A DNA stretch of 32,000 nt from Xylella taiwanensis (GTDB lineage: Bacteria > Pseudomonadota > Gammaproteobacteria > Xanthomonadales > Xanthomonadaceae): assembly GCF_013177435.1 (NCBI RefSeq), contig NZ_CP053627.1:2670001-2702000 (forward strand). Direction: 5' to 3'. Position numbers and translations under genes: made by a program. Under the pieces are notes generated by a model that made no database searches, was not told the DNA's origin, and saw only the letters and a program-made list of their open reading frames with translations. This document shows positions 8,020 through 17,822 of the stretch, one piece after another. How positions within the stretch are numbered: the first letter of the stretch is position 1; each line of letters opens with the position of its first letter.

Positions 8020-10455
8020 ATGACCGCAACACCCGCACGACCGACGCATGCACTGCTGTTGCCGCGCGCCCTGCTCATCCTGTGCATTGCCGCACTGCCG
8101 CCCACCGGCGGCAACGCGACGGCAGCGCACATTGCAAGGTCACAACACACCTTGATGACGGGAGCCGCACCGCCCTCCCCACCACCACTACCCCTGATCC
8201 CAGCCCCCGTTCAAGTGCAACGCGGTCACGGACAGATCAGCATCGACACCCGCACCCCGATTTCCATCCCCCCCGATGATGCCGACGCACAACACAGCGC
8301 CAACTACCTGGCCACACTGCTACAGCGCACCCGTAACCTGACATTGCACATCCACACCGAAGTCGTCCCCACACCAGGCAGCATCCGCCTGCAACAGGAT
8401 CCACAATCACCCGTCACACAGACTGAAGGCTACACACTGGAAGCCGCCCCCGATCAAGGGATCCAGATCCGTGCACGCGACGCACGCGGTCTGTTTTACG
8501 GCACGATCAGTGCATGGCAACTGCTCACGGCCGACGGCGGCCAAGGCGCGACCGAAGTACCGGCCGTCACGATTCACGACTGGCCACGCTTCAGCTGGCG
8601 TGGTCAACTCCTCGACGTGGCCCGTCACTTCCACGACGTAGACACCGTCAAGCACGTGATCGACGCCATGGCGCAACACAAACTCAACGTACTCCACCTG
8701 CACCTCAACGACGACCAGGGCTGGCGTATCGAGATCAAACGCTATCCCAAGCTCACCACCATCGGCGCCGAACGTATCCCACCAGGTGCCGGACGCCACG
8801 GGATACCGCAACACTACGGTGGCTTCTACACCCAGCATCAAATCCGCGAACTGGTCGCCTACGCCGCCGAACGCCACATCACCATCCTCCCGGAAATCGA
8901 TATGCCCGGCCATGCACAGGCCGCCGTCGCTGCCTACCCGGACATCATCGGCGTCACCGGCACCCGCCCCCCTGTCGCCGTCGACTGGGGTGTCAACCCC
9001 TACCTGTTCAATACCGCAACACGCAGTCTGGACTTCATCCGCAATGTACTCGACGAAGTCCTCGCACTCTTCCCATCGCCGTACATTCACATCGGCGGTG
9101 ACGAGGCCATCAAAGATCAGTGGGAGGCTTCGCCAGCGATCCGCGCACAGATGCGCATGCATGGAGTGAAAGACATGCATGCCATGCAGGGCTGGTTCAA
9201 CACGCAACTCGCCCAGTATCTGACCGCACATGGCCGACGCCTGATCGGCTGGGACGAAATCGTCCAAAGCGGCCTCCCAGAAAGTGCCTCCGTCATGTCG
9301 TGGCGCGGCGTGGACGGCGCCATCGCCGCGGCGCAGCAGGGACACGATGTCGTCATGGCTCCCGCTGGGTGGATGTACCTGGACAACCTACAAACCGAGC
9401 GCAGCGACGAACCAAACGGACGCCTCGCCACACTGCCGCTCGCGCGCGTCTACGCACTGGACCCGGTGCCAAAAGAACTCAGCCCCAACCAAGCCCTGCA
9501 CGTCCTTGGCCTACAGGGCGCCCTGTGGAGCGAATACATCCCCTCACGCTGGCACATTGATCACGCCCTGTTCCCGCGCATCGCCGCCGTTGCCGAAGCA
9601 GCCTGGTCACCTATGGCCGTGCGCAACTGGGACGGCTTCCTCACACGCTTACCCGCACAACTACAGCGCTATCACGCCCTGGGGATCGACTACAGCGACG
9701 GCGCATTCGCGGCCGACATCATGCTGGAGCGTGGTCCAGCCCCCGTACTCGCTGGCAAACCCGCCTACATCACACTCAGCAATCAAACCAACACCGGCCA
9801 GATTCGCTACACCACCGACGGCAACGAACCGACCCTGGATTCACTGCGCTACACCGGCCCCTTCCCCATCACACTGCCCACGACCGTCAAAGCGGCCGTA
9901 TTCACCGCAGACGGCCGCCCACTGGCCACCCCCCGCCACCGCACCTTCCAGCACACCAGCCTGTTGAGTGTAGATACCCAAGGATTACGCAACTGCTCGG
10001 ACAAGGGGCCACTGGGCTTGCGCGTGCCACTGCTGCCAGACATGGCCAGTCCCGACACGCCGGTTTACAACGTCGACCTGTTTCACGCCTGCTGGATCGT
10101 CCCGCAGATGCGCCTGAACGACGTGCACGCCATCCACATCGACGCCGCACGCCTGGCACGCAACTACGGTCTGGCCCACGATCAATCCAACGTCGTTCAG
10201 TATCCGGCACACACCGCACACGGCGAACTGGAAGTCCGCGCCGACTGCAACCAAGCGCCACTGGTAGTGATCCCACTCCCCCCCGGAAACACCATTGGCA
10301 AACAATTCACCCTCGACGCCCCCTTACCCCCGACCGTCGGTATCCACGACCTCTGCCTGCGCATCACCGCCCCCATCCGCGGCCCGCTGTACGGCATTGG
10401 TAGCGTCCACCTGATCGATACCCCCGCGCCGCCGCCCGTCCCGTCCACACACTGA
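8020..10455 (+). CDS. nixG: Exported GH20 beta-N-acetylhexosaminidase with C-terminal extension; positional equivalent of NixG
   Basis: AAGGAGG at 8006..8012, 7 nt before ATG 8020 (the ORF track opens at 7957). Signal-like MTATPARPTHALLLPRALLILCIAAL. GH20 motifs: WRGQLLDVARHF, NVLHLHLNDDQGWRIEI, PEIDMPGHAQAA, catalytic pair in YIHIGGDEA. Chitobiase/hexosaminidase C-terminal-like segment GQIRYTTDGNEPTLDSLRYTGPFPI. The symbol is assigned by synteny. Confidence 0.92.
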   Translation: MTATPARPTHALLLPRALLILCIAALPPTGGNATAAHIARSQHTLMTGAAPPSPPPLPLIPAPVQVQRGHGQISIDTRTPISIPPDDADAQHSANYLATLLQRTRNLTLHIHTEVVPTPGSIRLQQDPQSPVTQTEGYTLEAAPDQGIQIRARDARGLFYGTISAWQLLTADGGQGATEVPAVTIHDWPRFSWRGQLLDVARHFHDVDTVKHVIDAMAQHKLNVLHLHLNDDQGWRIEIKRYPKLTTIGAERIPPGAGRHGIPQHYGGFYTQHQIRELVAYAAERHITILPEIDMPGHAQAAVAAYPDIIGVTGTRPPVAVDWGVNPYLFNTATRSLDFIRNVLDEVLALFPSPYIHIGGDEAIKDQWEASPAIRAQMRMHGVKDMHAMQGWFNTQLAQYLTAHGRRLIGWDEIVQSGLPESASVMSWRGVDGAIAAAQQGHDVVMAPAGWMYLDNLQTERSDEPNGRLATLPLARVYALDPVPKELSPNQALHVLGLQGALWSEYIPSRWHIDHALFPRIAAVAEAAWSPMAVRNWDGFLTRLPAQLQRYHALGIDYSDGAFAADIMLERGPAPVLAGKPAYITLSNQTNTGQIRYTTDGNEPTLDSLRYTGPFPITLPTTVKAAVFTADGRPLATPRHRTFQHTSLLSVDTQGLRNCSDKGPLGLRVPLLPDMASPDTPVYNVDLFHACWIVPQMRLNDVHAIHIDAARLARNYGLAHDQSNVVQYPAHTAHGELEVRADCNQAPLVVIPLPPGNTIGKQFTLDAPLPPTVGIHDLCLRITAPIRGPLYGIGSVHLIDTPAPPPVPSTH

Positions 10456-10475
10456 ACCCATCCCCCCACCCTCCC

Positions 10476-13157
10476 ATGTCGCAGCATCCCTCTATCGCCT
10501 GCTTCCGCTTGGCCCTCCTCCCCCTGCTCACCTTCGGCAGCACCTGTATCACCTGGGCCGCCCCACCCAGGACCCAACCCCTCAACAGCGGCTGGCACGT
10601 CCGGTACGCTCCTGGTCAAACCAAAGCCCCCACGATCCCCTTAAAGGCAACCACCTGGCTGCCCGCACACGTACCCGGCACGGTGCAGAGCGACCTCATC
10701 GCCGCCGGTGTCGTACCCGATCCGTTTTACCGTGATCAAGAAGCGCACATTCAATGGGTCGGCCTAAGCGACTGGCAATACCACACCCGCTTTCAGGTCA
10801 ACGCGGCCACACTGACCCGCCAGCACGCCGAACTGGTGTTCGACGGCCTGGATACCCTGGCCACCGTGACACTCAACGGCACGCCACTGCTCGATACCAA
10901 CAACATGTTCCGGCACTGGCGCGTGAACGCAAAGCCATTGCTCAAGCACGGCGAAAACATCCTGGACGTGACGCTGTACTCACCGATCAAGAAGATCCAG
11001 CCCTGGCTGGCACAACAACCCTATGCGCTACCCGGCTCCTACGACTCAGCATTCGGCGACGAACCGGCAGCACGCCACAGCGCTACCTACGTCCGCAAAG
11101 CACCCTACCAGTTTGGGTGGGACTGGGGACCACGCATCGTCACCTCTGGCCTCTGGAAGGAAGTGAAGCTGGAGACCTGGGACGCTACCCGCATTGATGA
11201 CCTACATATCGCCCAGCAGCGCGTGGACGCCAGCGTCGCACAACTGGAAGCACAACTCACCCTGGACGCAGGGCGAGACGGCCCCGCGCAGATCACACTG
11301 CACGTCTTCGACCCAGACGGCCGCCAAATCCTGCAACACCGCGAACAGCGCACCCTCGACACGGGCCACAATCGCATCAACCTGCCCGTGCGTATTACCC
11401 AACCGCGGCGCTGGTTCCCTGCAGGCTATGGTGCCCCGGACCGCTATACCTTTGCAGCCACAGTCCGCGATGCCGCCGGCGACATCCAACGGGTCGAACG
11501 CATCACCGGCCTGCGTACCGTCGCACTGCGCCGCGAACAAGACCAATGGGGCAAGAGCATGGCCCTTGTGGTCAACGGCATTCCGATCTTCGCCAAAGGT
11601 GCCAACCTGATCCCACTCGATAGCATTCCCACCCGCGTCACCGAGGCCACCATGCGCCACACCCTGGAAGACGCGCGTGAGGCCAACATGAACATGTTGC
11701 GCATCTGGGGTGGTGGCCACTATCAGGACGAACGCTTCTACACACTTGCCGACGCACTGGGCATCATGATTTGGCAAGACTTCATGTTCGGCGGCGCCAT
11801 CCCGCCCGACGACGTCGACTTCCGCGAAAACACCCGGCAAGAAGCCATCGAACAAATCACGCGCCTGCGTGACCACCCCAGCATCGTCCTGTGGTGCGGC
11901 AATAACGAAGTGCAAACTGGTTGGGAACACTGGGACGACCGGATTAGATTTAAACAATCCCTGGCCCATGAAGAACGCAGCCGGATTGAGCGTGGCATGA
12001 CAATCCTGTTCGGCAGCGTCCTGCGTGAAGCCGTGAAGCTGTATTCACCAGGCATCCCATACTGGGCCACCTCCCCCGGCACCGACTTCGACGGCCCCGC
12101 AGACCAAACCAACGACGGCGACATGCACTACTGGAAGGTCTGGGGTAACCCAGCACTGCCAGTGACCGAATACCTCAATGTCACGCCGCGCTTCATGTCC
12201 GAGTATGGGCTGCAATCATTTCCGGATATACGCACCATCCGCACCTTCGCGCGGCCAGAGGATCTGTCCCCAGAATCGCAGGTGATGCGTGCGCACCAGA
12301 AATTCGACAACGGTCGCGGCAACCAACGCCTGCTGCTGTACATCCGCCGCGAATTCGGCGAACCAAAAGACTTCGAAAGCTTCGTCTACCTGAGTCAACT
12401 GATGCAAGCCGAGGGCATTGCGATAGCGGCGCAGCACCTGCGCGCCGCACGGCCACAGACAATGGGCTCGCTGTACTGGCAACTCAACGATGTCTGGCCA
12501 GGGGCCTCCTGGTCGAGCATTGATTACGCAGGACGCTGGAAGGCACTGCACTACCACGCACGTCACTTCTACGCGCCCGTCATGATCGCCGCGCTACGTA
12601 AAGACGGCACCACCACTGTCTCCCTCGTCTCCGACCGCACCGTGCCACTGGAAGTACGCTGGCGCCTGCGCGTCCTGGACATGGACGGCACAGCATTGAA
12701 CACACACGAGCAAAAAACGACCATCGCGCCATTGAGCAGCCGCCAGATCGCGCAGTACAGCGACGCACAACTGCTTGGTCAAGCCGATCCTGAACACAGT
12801 GTGGCTGTGTTCGAACTATTGAATGGCAACACCATCCTGTCACGTCAGACCGTGTTTTTCGACGCCGCCAAACACCTGAAACTCCCGCAGCCACACATCC
12901 GCAGCGCCTGGAAAGCAGATCACGGCATGTATCTACTCACCCTGACCAGCCCAGCGTTTGCACGCGAAGTATGGCTGTCGTTTGGCGATATCGATGCACG
13001 GCTCTCAGATAACGCCTTCGACCTGCTGCCCGGAGAACCGCTGACCGTGCAGATCCGTAGTGCCGCCCCACTTGCACAATTACAAAAGGCGCTGCAGATA
13101 CGCGACGTGGCCGCAACCCTGGCCAGCGCACCATCGGAACCGGTCGAATCCAAATGA
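10476..13157 (+). CDS. nixH: Exported GH2 beta-mannosidase; positional equivalent of NixH
   Basis: 893 aa with signal-like N-terminus. The beta-mannosidase-type architecture begins LNSGW...VPGTVQSDL. Acid/base region WCGNNEV, nucleophile region FMSEYGLQSFP. Starts 20 nt after the GH20 stop. Confidence 0.9.
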   Translation: MSQHPSIACFRLALLPLLTFGSTCITWAAPPRTQPLNSGWHVRYAPGQTKAPTIPLKATTWLPAHVPGTVQSDLIAAGVVPDPFYRDQEAHIQWVGLSDWQYHTRFQVNAATLTRQHAELVFDGLDTLATVTLNGTPLLDTNNMFRHWRVNAKPLLKHGENILDVTLYSPIKKIQPWLAQQPYALPGSYDSAFGDEPAARHSATYVRKAPYQFGWDWGPRIVTSGLWKEVKLETWDATRIDDLHIAQQRVDASVAQLEAQLTLDAGRDGPAQITLHVFDPDGRQILQHREQRTLDTGHNRINLPVRITQPRRWFPAGYGAPDRYTFAATVRDAAGDIQRVERITGLRTVALRREQDQWGKSMALVVNGIPIFAKGANLIPLDSIPTRVTEATMRHTLEDAREANMNMLRIWGGGHYQDERFYTLADALGIMIWQDFMFGGAIPPDDVDFRENTRQEAIEQITRLRDHPSIVLWCGNNEVQTGWEHWDDRIRFKQSLAHEERSRIERGMTILFGSVLREAVKLYSPGIPYWATSPGTDFDGPADQTNDGDMHYWKVWGNPALPVTEYLNVTPRFMSEYGLQSFPDIRTIRTFARPEDLSPESQVMRAHQKFDNGRGNQRLLLYIRREFGEPKDFESFVYLSQLMQAEGIAIAAQHLRAARPQTMGSLYWQLNDVWPGASWSSIDYAGRWKALHYHARHFYAPVMIAALRKDGTTTVSLVSDRTVPLEVRWRLRVLDMDGTALNTHEQKTTIAPLSSRQIAQYSDAQLLGQADPEHSVAVFELLNGNTILSRQTVFFDAAKHLKLPQPHIRSAWKADHGMYLLTLTSPAFAREVWLSFGDIDARLSDNAFDLLPGEPLTVQIRSAAPLAQLQKALQIRDVAATLASAPSEPVESK

Positions 13158-13202
13158 CGCCGCACTCCAACGTCATACACGCCCACGTCCAGGAATGATG
13201 CG

Positions 13203-15857
13203 ATGCCGTTGCCCATTGCACTCCCCCGCACACTGACTGCTGCACTGAGCCTCACCTTGTTTCTCACCACGGCCACCACCGCAGCGGAACTCACCCCCGA
13301 GCAACATGCCGTTGCGCTGGTCGCACAGATGACCCGTGAGGAGAAGATTGCGCAAGCGATGAACGCCGCCCCGGCCATCCCACGCTTAGGGATCCCCGCC
13401 TACGACTGGTGGAGCGAAGGACTGCACGGCATCGCCCGCAACGGCTACGCCACCGTGTTTCCCCAAGCCATCGGCCTGGCTGCCAGCTGGAACACCGACC
13501 TGCTACGGCAGGTCGGCACGGTCACCGCAACCGAGGCACGCGCCAAGTTCAACCTTGCCGGCGGCCCCGGTAAAGACCACACGCGCTATGCAGGACTCAC
13601 CCTCTGGTCGCCAAACATCAATATCTTCCGCGACCCGCGTTGGGGTCGCGGCATGGAAACTTACGGTGAAGATCCATACCTCACCAGCCAGCTTGCGGTC
13701 AGCTTCATCCGCGGCCTACAGGGCGATGCCCCCGACCACCCGCGCACCATCGCCACACCCAAACACTTCGCAGTACACAGTGGCCCAGAGTCAGGTCGCC
13801 ACGGGTTCGACGTCGATGTTTCAGCATACGATCTGGAGGACACCTATACCCCCGCCTTCCGCGCGGCGATTGTCGACGGCCATGCCGGCTCGGTGATGTG
13901 TGCCTATAACGCACTGCACGGCACACCTGTGTGTGCAGCCGACTGGTTGCTGAATGGACGTCTCCGCGGCGACTGGGGGTTCAACGGCTTCGTTGTCTCT
14001 GACTGCGACGCGATCGAAGACATGACCCGATTCCATTTCTTCCGGCCAGATAACGCCAGTGCATCGGCCACCACACTGCAGAGCGGCACCGACCTCAACT
14101 GCGGCAACGCCTATCGCGACCTGAACCAAGCACTGGCACGCGGCGACGTCGACGCAGCCGTGCTCGACCGGGCACTGATCCGACTCTTCACCGCACGGGA
14201 GCGGCTCGGCACGCTACACCCACGCGAGCACGATCCCTACGCAGGCATTGGCACCAAAGACATCGACACCCCAGGCCATCGCGCACTTGCACTGCAAGCC
14301 GCCGTGCAGTCGTTGGTCCTCTTGAAAAACACCGGCAACATCCTCCCGTTAACACCCGGGACCACATTAGCCGTACTCGGCCCGAACGCCGATGCACTGA
14401 CCGCCCTGGAAGCCAATTACCAAGGCACGTCATCCGCCCCAGTCACCCCACTGCTGGGTCTGCGCTCCCGTTTCGGCACCCACCATGTGCACTACGCACC
14501 GGGCGCGTCACTGGCGCCCGGTGTACCAAGCACGATCCCAGACACCGCACTGCGCAGCAATGGCCAACCTGGCCTGAAAGGGGAGTACTTTGACACCCTT
14601 GACCTGTCCGGCACGCCGCGTCTGGTGCGCCAAGACCGCCTCATCGCCTTCAACTGGGACCACGTCGCCCCCACCAAGGACATGAACCCGCACCGCTACG
14701 CGGTACGCTGGACAGGCGAGCTACTCCCGCCCGGTCCTGGCAGCTACACCTTGGCGGTACATGTGGCGCGCTGCTTCGACTGTAGCGGCCATGACACGGT
14801 GCGCCTGTCCATTGACGATCGTCCGGTCATCACCAACAACGTCAAGGATGCGCAGGCGGCCGCTGGCACCCATGACACAGACAGCGATCGCCTTGAAGCA
14901 ACCCTTCACTTTGACGATAGCCAGCCACACCAGATCCAGCTGGAGATGGAACACCGTGGTGAAGATCAAGGGGTGCGCCTGGAGTGGCTGCCCCCTGCCG
15001 AGCCACAACTGGCGGAGGCGGAACGTGCCGTAGCGCAGGCTGACGTCACCGTCGCTTTTGTCGGCCTATCCCCAGATGTAGAAGGCGAAGAACTCCACGT
15101 CGACATCCCTGGTTTCAGCGGCGGCGACCGCACCACTATTGACCTGCCGACGACACAGGAAAGACTGTTGCATCATGTCAAAGCGACAGGCAAACCCTTG
15201 ATCGTCGTCTTGATGAGCGGCAGCGCTGTCGCACTGAATTGGGCGCAGCAGCATGCCGACGCGATCCTCGCCGCATGGTATCCGGGGCAATCCGGGGGGA
15301 CCGCGATTGCACAGGCGCTGGCGGGCGACGTGAATCCCGGCGGGCGCCTGCCCGTGACGTTCTACCGCTCGACCCAGGATCTACCGCCCTACGTCAGTTA
15401 CGCCATGACGGGGCGTACCTATCGCTACTTCAAGGGCCAGTCGCTGTATCCGTTTGGCTACGGCCTGAGCTATACGCAATTCGCATACGAGGCACTGCGG
15501 CTGTCCACCGCAAGCCTGAAGGCCGGTGACACCTTGGCCGTCTCCACTCGCGTCCGCAATACTGGGACGCGGAGCGGTGACGAAGTCGTGCAGGTCTATC
15601 TAGAATCCCCGCAGCATCCGGAATCCCCCATCCGCAGCCTAGTCGGCTTCCAGAGGGTGACACTGCGCCCTGGAGAATCCCGCCTGCTGAGCTTCGCACT
15701 GGACGCACGTCGGCTCAGCAGCGTTGCGCCTACCGGCCAACGCCGTGTCGCAGCTGGTCGTTACCGCCTCTTCGTCGGCGGTGGCCAACCCGGCAGCGGC
15801 GCACCCGGTGAAGTCGCGACATTCTCGGTCACCGGCCATCTCCTGCTACCGAAATAA
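13203..15857 (+). CDS. nixI: Exported GH3 beta-glycosidase (beta-xylosidase/beta-glucosidase type) with inserted PA14 domain; positional equivalent of NixI
   Basis: Sec signal MPLPIALPRTLTAALSLTLFLTTATTAA. GH3 N-domain motifs: WWSEGLHG, NIFRDPRWGRG.ETYGEDP, KHFAVHSGPE, nucleophile GFVVSDCDAI. PA14-like insert GLKGEYFDTLDLSGTPRLVRQDRLIAFNWD...YAVRWTGELLPPGPGSYTL. C-terminal domains: LIVVLMSGSAV, YGLSYT. Confidence 0.92.
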   Translation: MPLPIALPRTLTAALSLTLFLTTATTAAELTPEQHAVALVAQMTREEKIAQAMNAAPAIPRLGIPAYDWWSEGLHGIARNGYATVFPQAIGLAASWNTDLLRQVGTVTATEARAKFNLAGGPGKDHTRYAGLTLWSPNINIFRDPRWGRGMETYGEDPYLTSQLAVSFIRGLQGDAPDHPRTIATPKHFAVHSGPESGRHGFDVDVSAYDLEDTYTPAFRAAIVDGHAGSVMCAYNALHGTPVCAADWLLNGRLRGDWGFNGFVVSDCDAIEDMTRFHFFRPDNASASATTLQSGTDLNCGNAYRDLNQALARGDVDAAVLDRALIRLFTARERLGTLHPREHDPYAGIGTKDIDTPGHRALALQAAVQSLVLLKNTGNILPLTPGTTLAVLGPNADALTALEANYQGTSSAPVTPLLGLRSRFGTHHVHYAPGASLAPGVPSTIPDTALRSNGQPGLKGEYFDTLDLSGTPRLVRQDRLIAFNWDHVAPTKDMNPHRYAVRWTGELLPPGPGSYTLAVHVARCFDCSGHDTVRLSIDDRPVITNNVKDAQAAAGTHDTDSDRLEATLHFDDSQPHQIQLEMEHRGEDQGVRLEWLPPAEPQLAEAERAVAQADVTVAFVGLSPDVEGEELHVDIPGFSGGDRTTIDLPTTQERLLHHVKATGKPLIVVLMSGSAVALNWAQQHADAILAAWYPGQSGGTAIAQALAGDVNPGGRLPVTFYRSTQDLPPYVSYAMTGRTYRYFKGQSLYPFGYGLSYTQFAYEALRLSTASLKAGDTLAVSTRVRNTGTRSGDEVVQVYLESPQHPESPIRSLVGFQRVTLRPGESRLLSFALDARRLSSVAPTGQRRVAAGRYRLFVGGGQPGSGAPGEVATFSVTGHLLLPK

Positions 15858-16220
15858 GTGACATGGTACGTACTGTGCCCGACAGCACATCGCCCTCTGT
15901 AAGGAATCCGTCAAGATGGCCTGCAACGGTGACTCCACTCACCCCACCGTAAAAGGGGCTTCCAATGCATCACACCTGTCGACATGTCACTGGACGCGCG
16001 GCGGCTCAACACCATGAACCCCAACGGCACACTTGCCATCAATACTGCACATAAGCAGCACTGCATCGGTGACCCCAATCCGCAGTCACACCACCCTACC
16101 AAGCCACACCACCGCATCCGCGATGCCTAGCCATACGTCACTGCGACACAAAACATCACTTGGCAAGGGGTACCGTGGCCGACAGCACCCAGACCACTGC
16201 CATAGGCGTCCAGACGTGCG

Positions 16221-17765
16221 ATGGATGCATATGACACCATGACCGCACCGTTGTCGCGTTCCTCCCTGCACCACGGTCTGAGTCGTCGCACGTTGCTGCG
16301 CCTCATCAGCCACGCGGCGGGAATCGCGCTGCTCAGTCCCACACGGCTGGCACATGCTACTGAGCGCACCCGCCCGGAACTGTCCTCTGCAACGTCTGGC
16401 TTCATGAGTCGACGCCCCCCCAAGGCACAGCGCCGCTTCGTCAGTCCTGCGGTAGAACAACACCTGACACAGATCAAAGCCAAGATCGCTGATCCTGAGT
16501 TGGCGTGGCTGTTTGAAAACTGCTATCCAAACACGCTAGACACCACTGTCACGACCGGCACTCGGAACGGCAAGCCCGACACCGTTGTGATCACTGGTGA
16601 CATCCAGGCGTTATGGCTGCGCGATTCTGCGGCGCAAGTGCATGCGTATGTCCCGCTGAGCCGCGAAGATCCAGCGCTACGCCATATGTTGCACGGCCTG
16701 ATCCAGCGCCACGCCGCTTGCATCCGCCTGGATCCTTACGCCAACGCCTTTCTACCCGATGACGCCACCCAACCGCTGCAATGGGCGGTCCATGACATCA
16801 CGGAGATGCAACCTGGCATCGGGGAGCGCAAATGGGAAGTCGATTCACTGTGCTACCCCATCCGCTTGGCCCACGCCTATTGGCGCGCCAGCGACGACAC
16901 CACGCCCTTCGATGATGACTGGCGAGACGCCATGCACATCGTGCTGCGCACTTTCAGCGAACAGCAACGCTTGGAGACCCGCGGCCCGTATACCTTCCAG
17001 CGTCCGGCGCCACTGGCCACCGAGACGTTGATGTTGGAGGGCTACGGTGCGCCGACTCGGCCCAACGGGATGCTCCATGCGATGTTCCGCCCCTCCGACG
17101 ATGCCTGCGTGTATCCGTTGTTGGTGCCGGCCAATCTGTTCGCCGTCGTGACGCTGCGCCAGCTCGCCACGATGAGCGAAGCCATTCACCACGATGTCGC
17201 ATTTGCCAGCGAGTGCCGCGCGCTAGCACACGACATTGAGCAGGCGACGCAGCGGTTCGGACAGAGGCGCGACACGGACAATCAACCATTCTGGGTTTAT
17301 GAGGTAGACGGTTATGGCAATCAATTATTCATGGACGACGCCAATGCCCCGAGCTTGCTCAGCTTGGCGTATCTGGGCTGCTGCGCCTCGACCGATCCGG
17401 TCTTCTTGCGGACCCGCACCCTGGCCTGGAGCGAGCGCAACCCGTACTTCTACCGTGGACGCGCTGCAACGGGGGTGGGCAGCCCCCATACGGGACTCAA
17501 GACCATCTGGCCGATGTCGATCATTCATTACGCCTTAGCGAGTCACGACGACACGCAGATCCAGCAATGCCTGCACTGGCTCAAGAGCACCCATGCCGGT
17601 ACCGGCTTCATGCACGAGGCATTCAACCAGGACGATGCCAACACGTTTACCCGTGGTTGGTTCGCCTGGGCCAATAGTCTGTTCGGCGAACTGATCATTG
17701 ATCTAGCACAACGCAAGCCGCATCTGCTCGGACCGAGCCGTGGCACGGTGCTCCTAAGTCGATGA
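16221..17765 (+). CDS. nixJ: Tat-exported GH125 (DUF1237) metal-independent alpha-1,6-mannosidase; positional equivalent of NixJ
   Basis: Twin-arginine signal LSRRTLLRLISHAAGIALLSP..AHA. GH125-type motifs: GDIQALWLRDSAAQV, GERKWEVDSLCYP, FMDDANAPSLLSLAYLG, GWFAWANSLFGE. The start could be ATG 16221 or ATG 16239. Confidence 0.85.
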   Translation: MDAYDTMTAPLSRSSLHHGLSRRTLLRLISHAAGIALLSPTRLAHATERTRPELSSATSGFMSRRPPKAQRRFVSPAVEQHLTQIKAKIADPELAWLFENCYPNTLDTTVTTGTRNGKPDTVVITGDIQALWLRDSAAQVHAYVPLSREDPALRHMLHGLIQRHAACIRLDPYANAFLPDDATQPLQWAVHDITEMQPGIGERKWEVDSLCYPIRLAHAYWRASDDTTPFDDDWRDAMHIVLRTFSEQQRLETRGPYTFQRPAPLATETLMLEGYGAPTRPNGMLHAMFRPSDDACVYPLLVPANLFAVVTLRQLATMSEAIHHDVAFASECRALAHDIEQATQRFGQRRDTDNQPFWVYEVDGYGNQLFMDDANAPSLLSLAYLGCCASTDPVFLRTRTLAWSERNPYFYRGRAATGVGSPHTGLKTIWPMSIIHYALASHDDTQIQQCLHWLKSTHAGTGFMHEAFNQDDANTFTRGWFAWANSLFGELIIDLAQRKPHLLGPSRGTVLLSR

Positions 17766-17822
17766 AATCTGCCGGCTGACCAAAACACCTGTCCACTTCA
17801 TACATGGCCGAGGACATGCACG

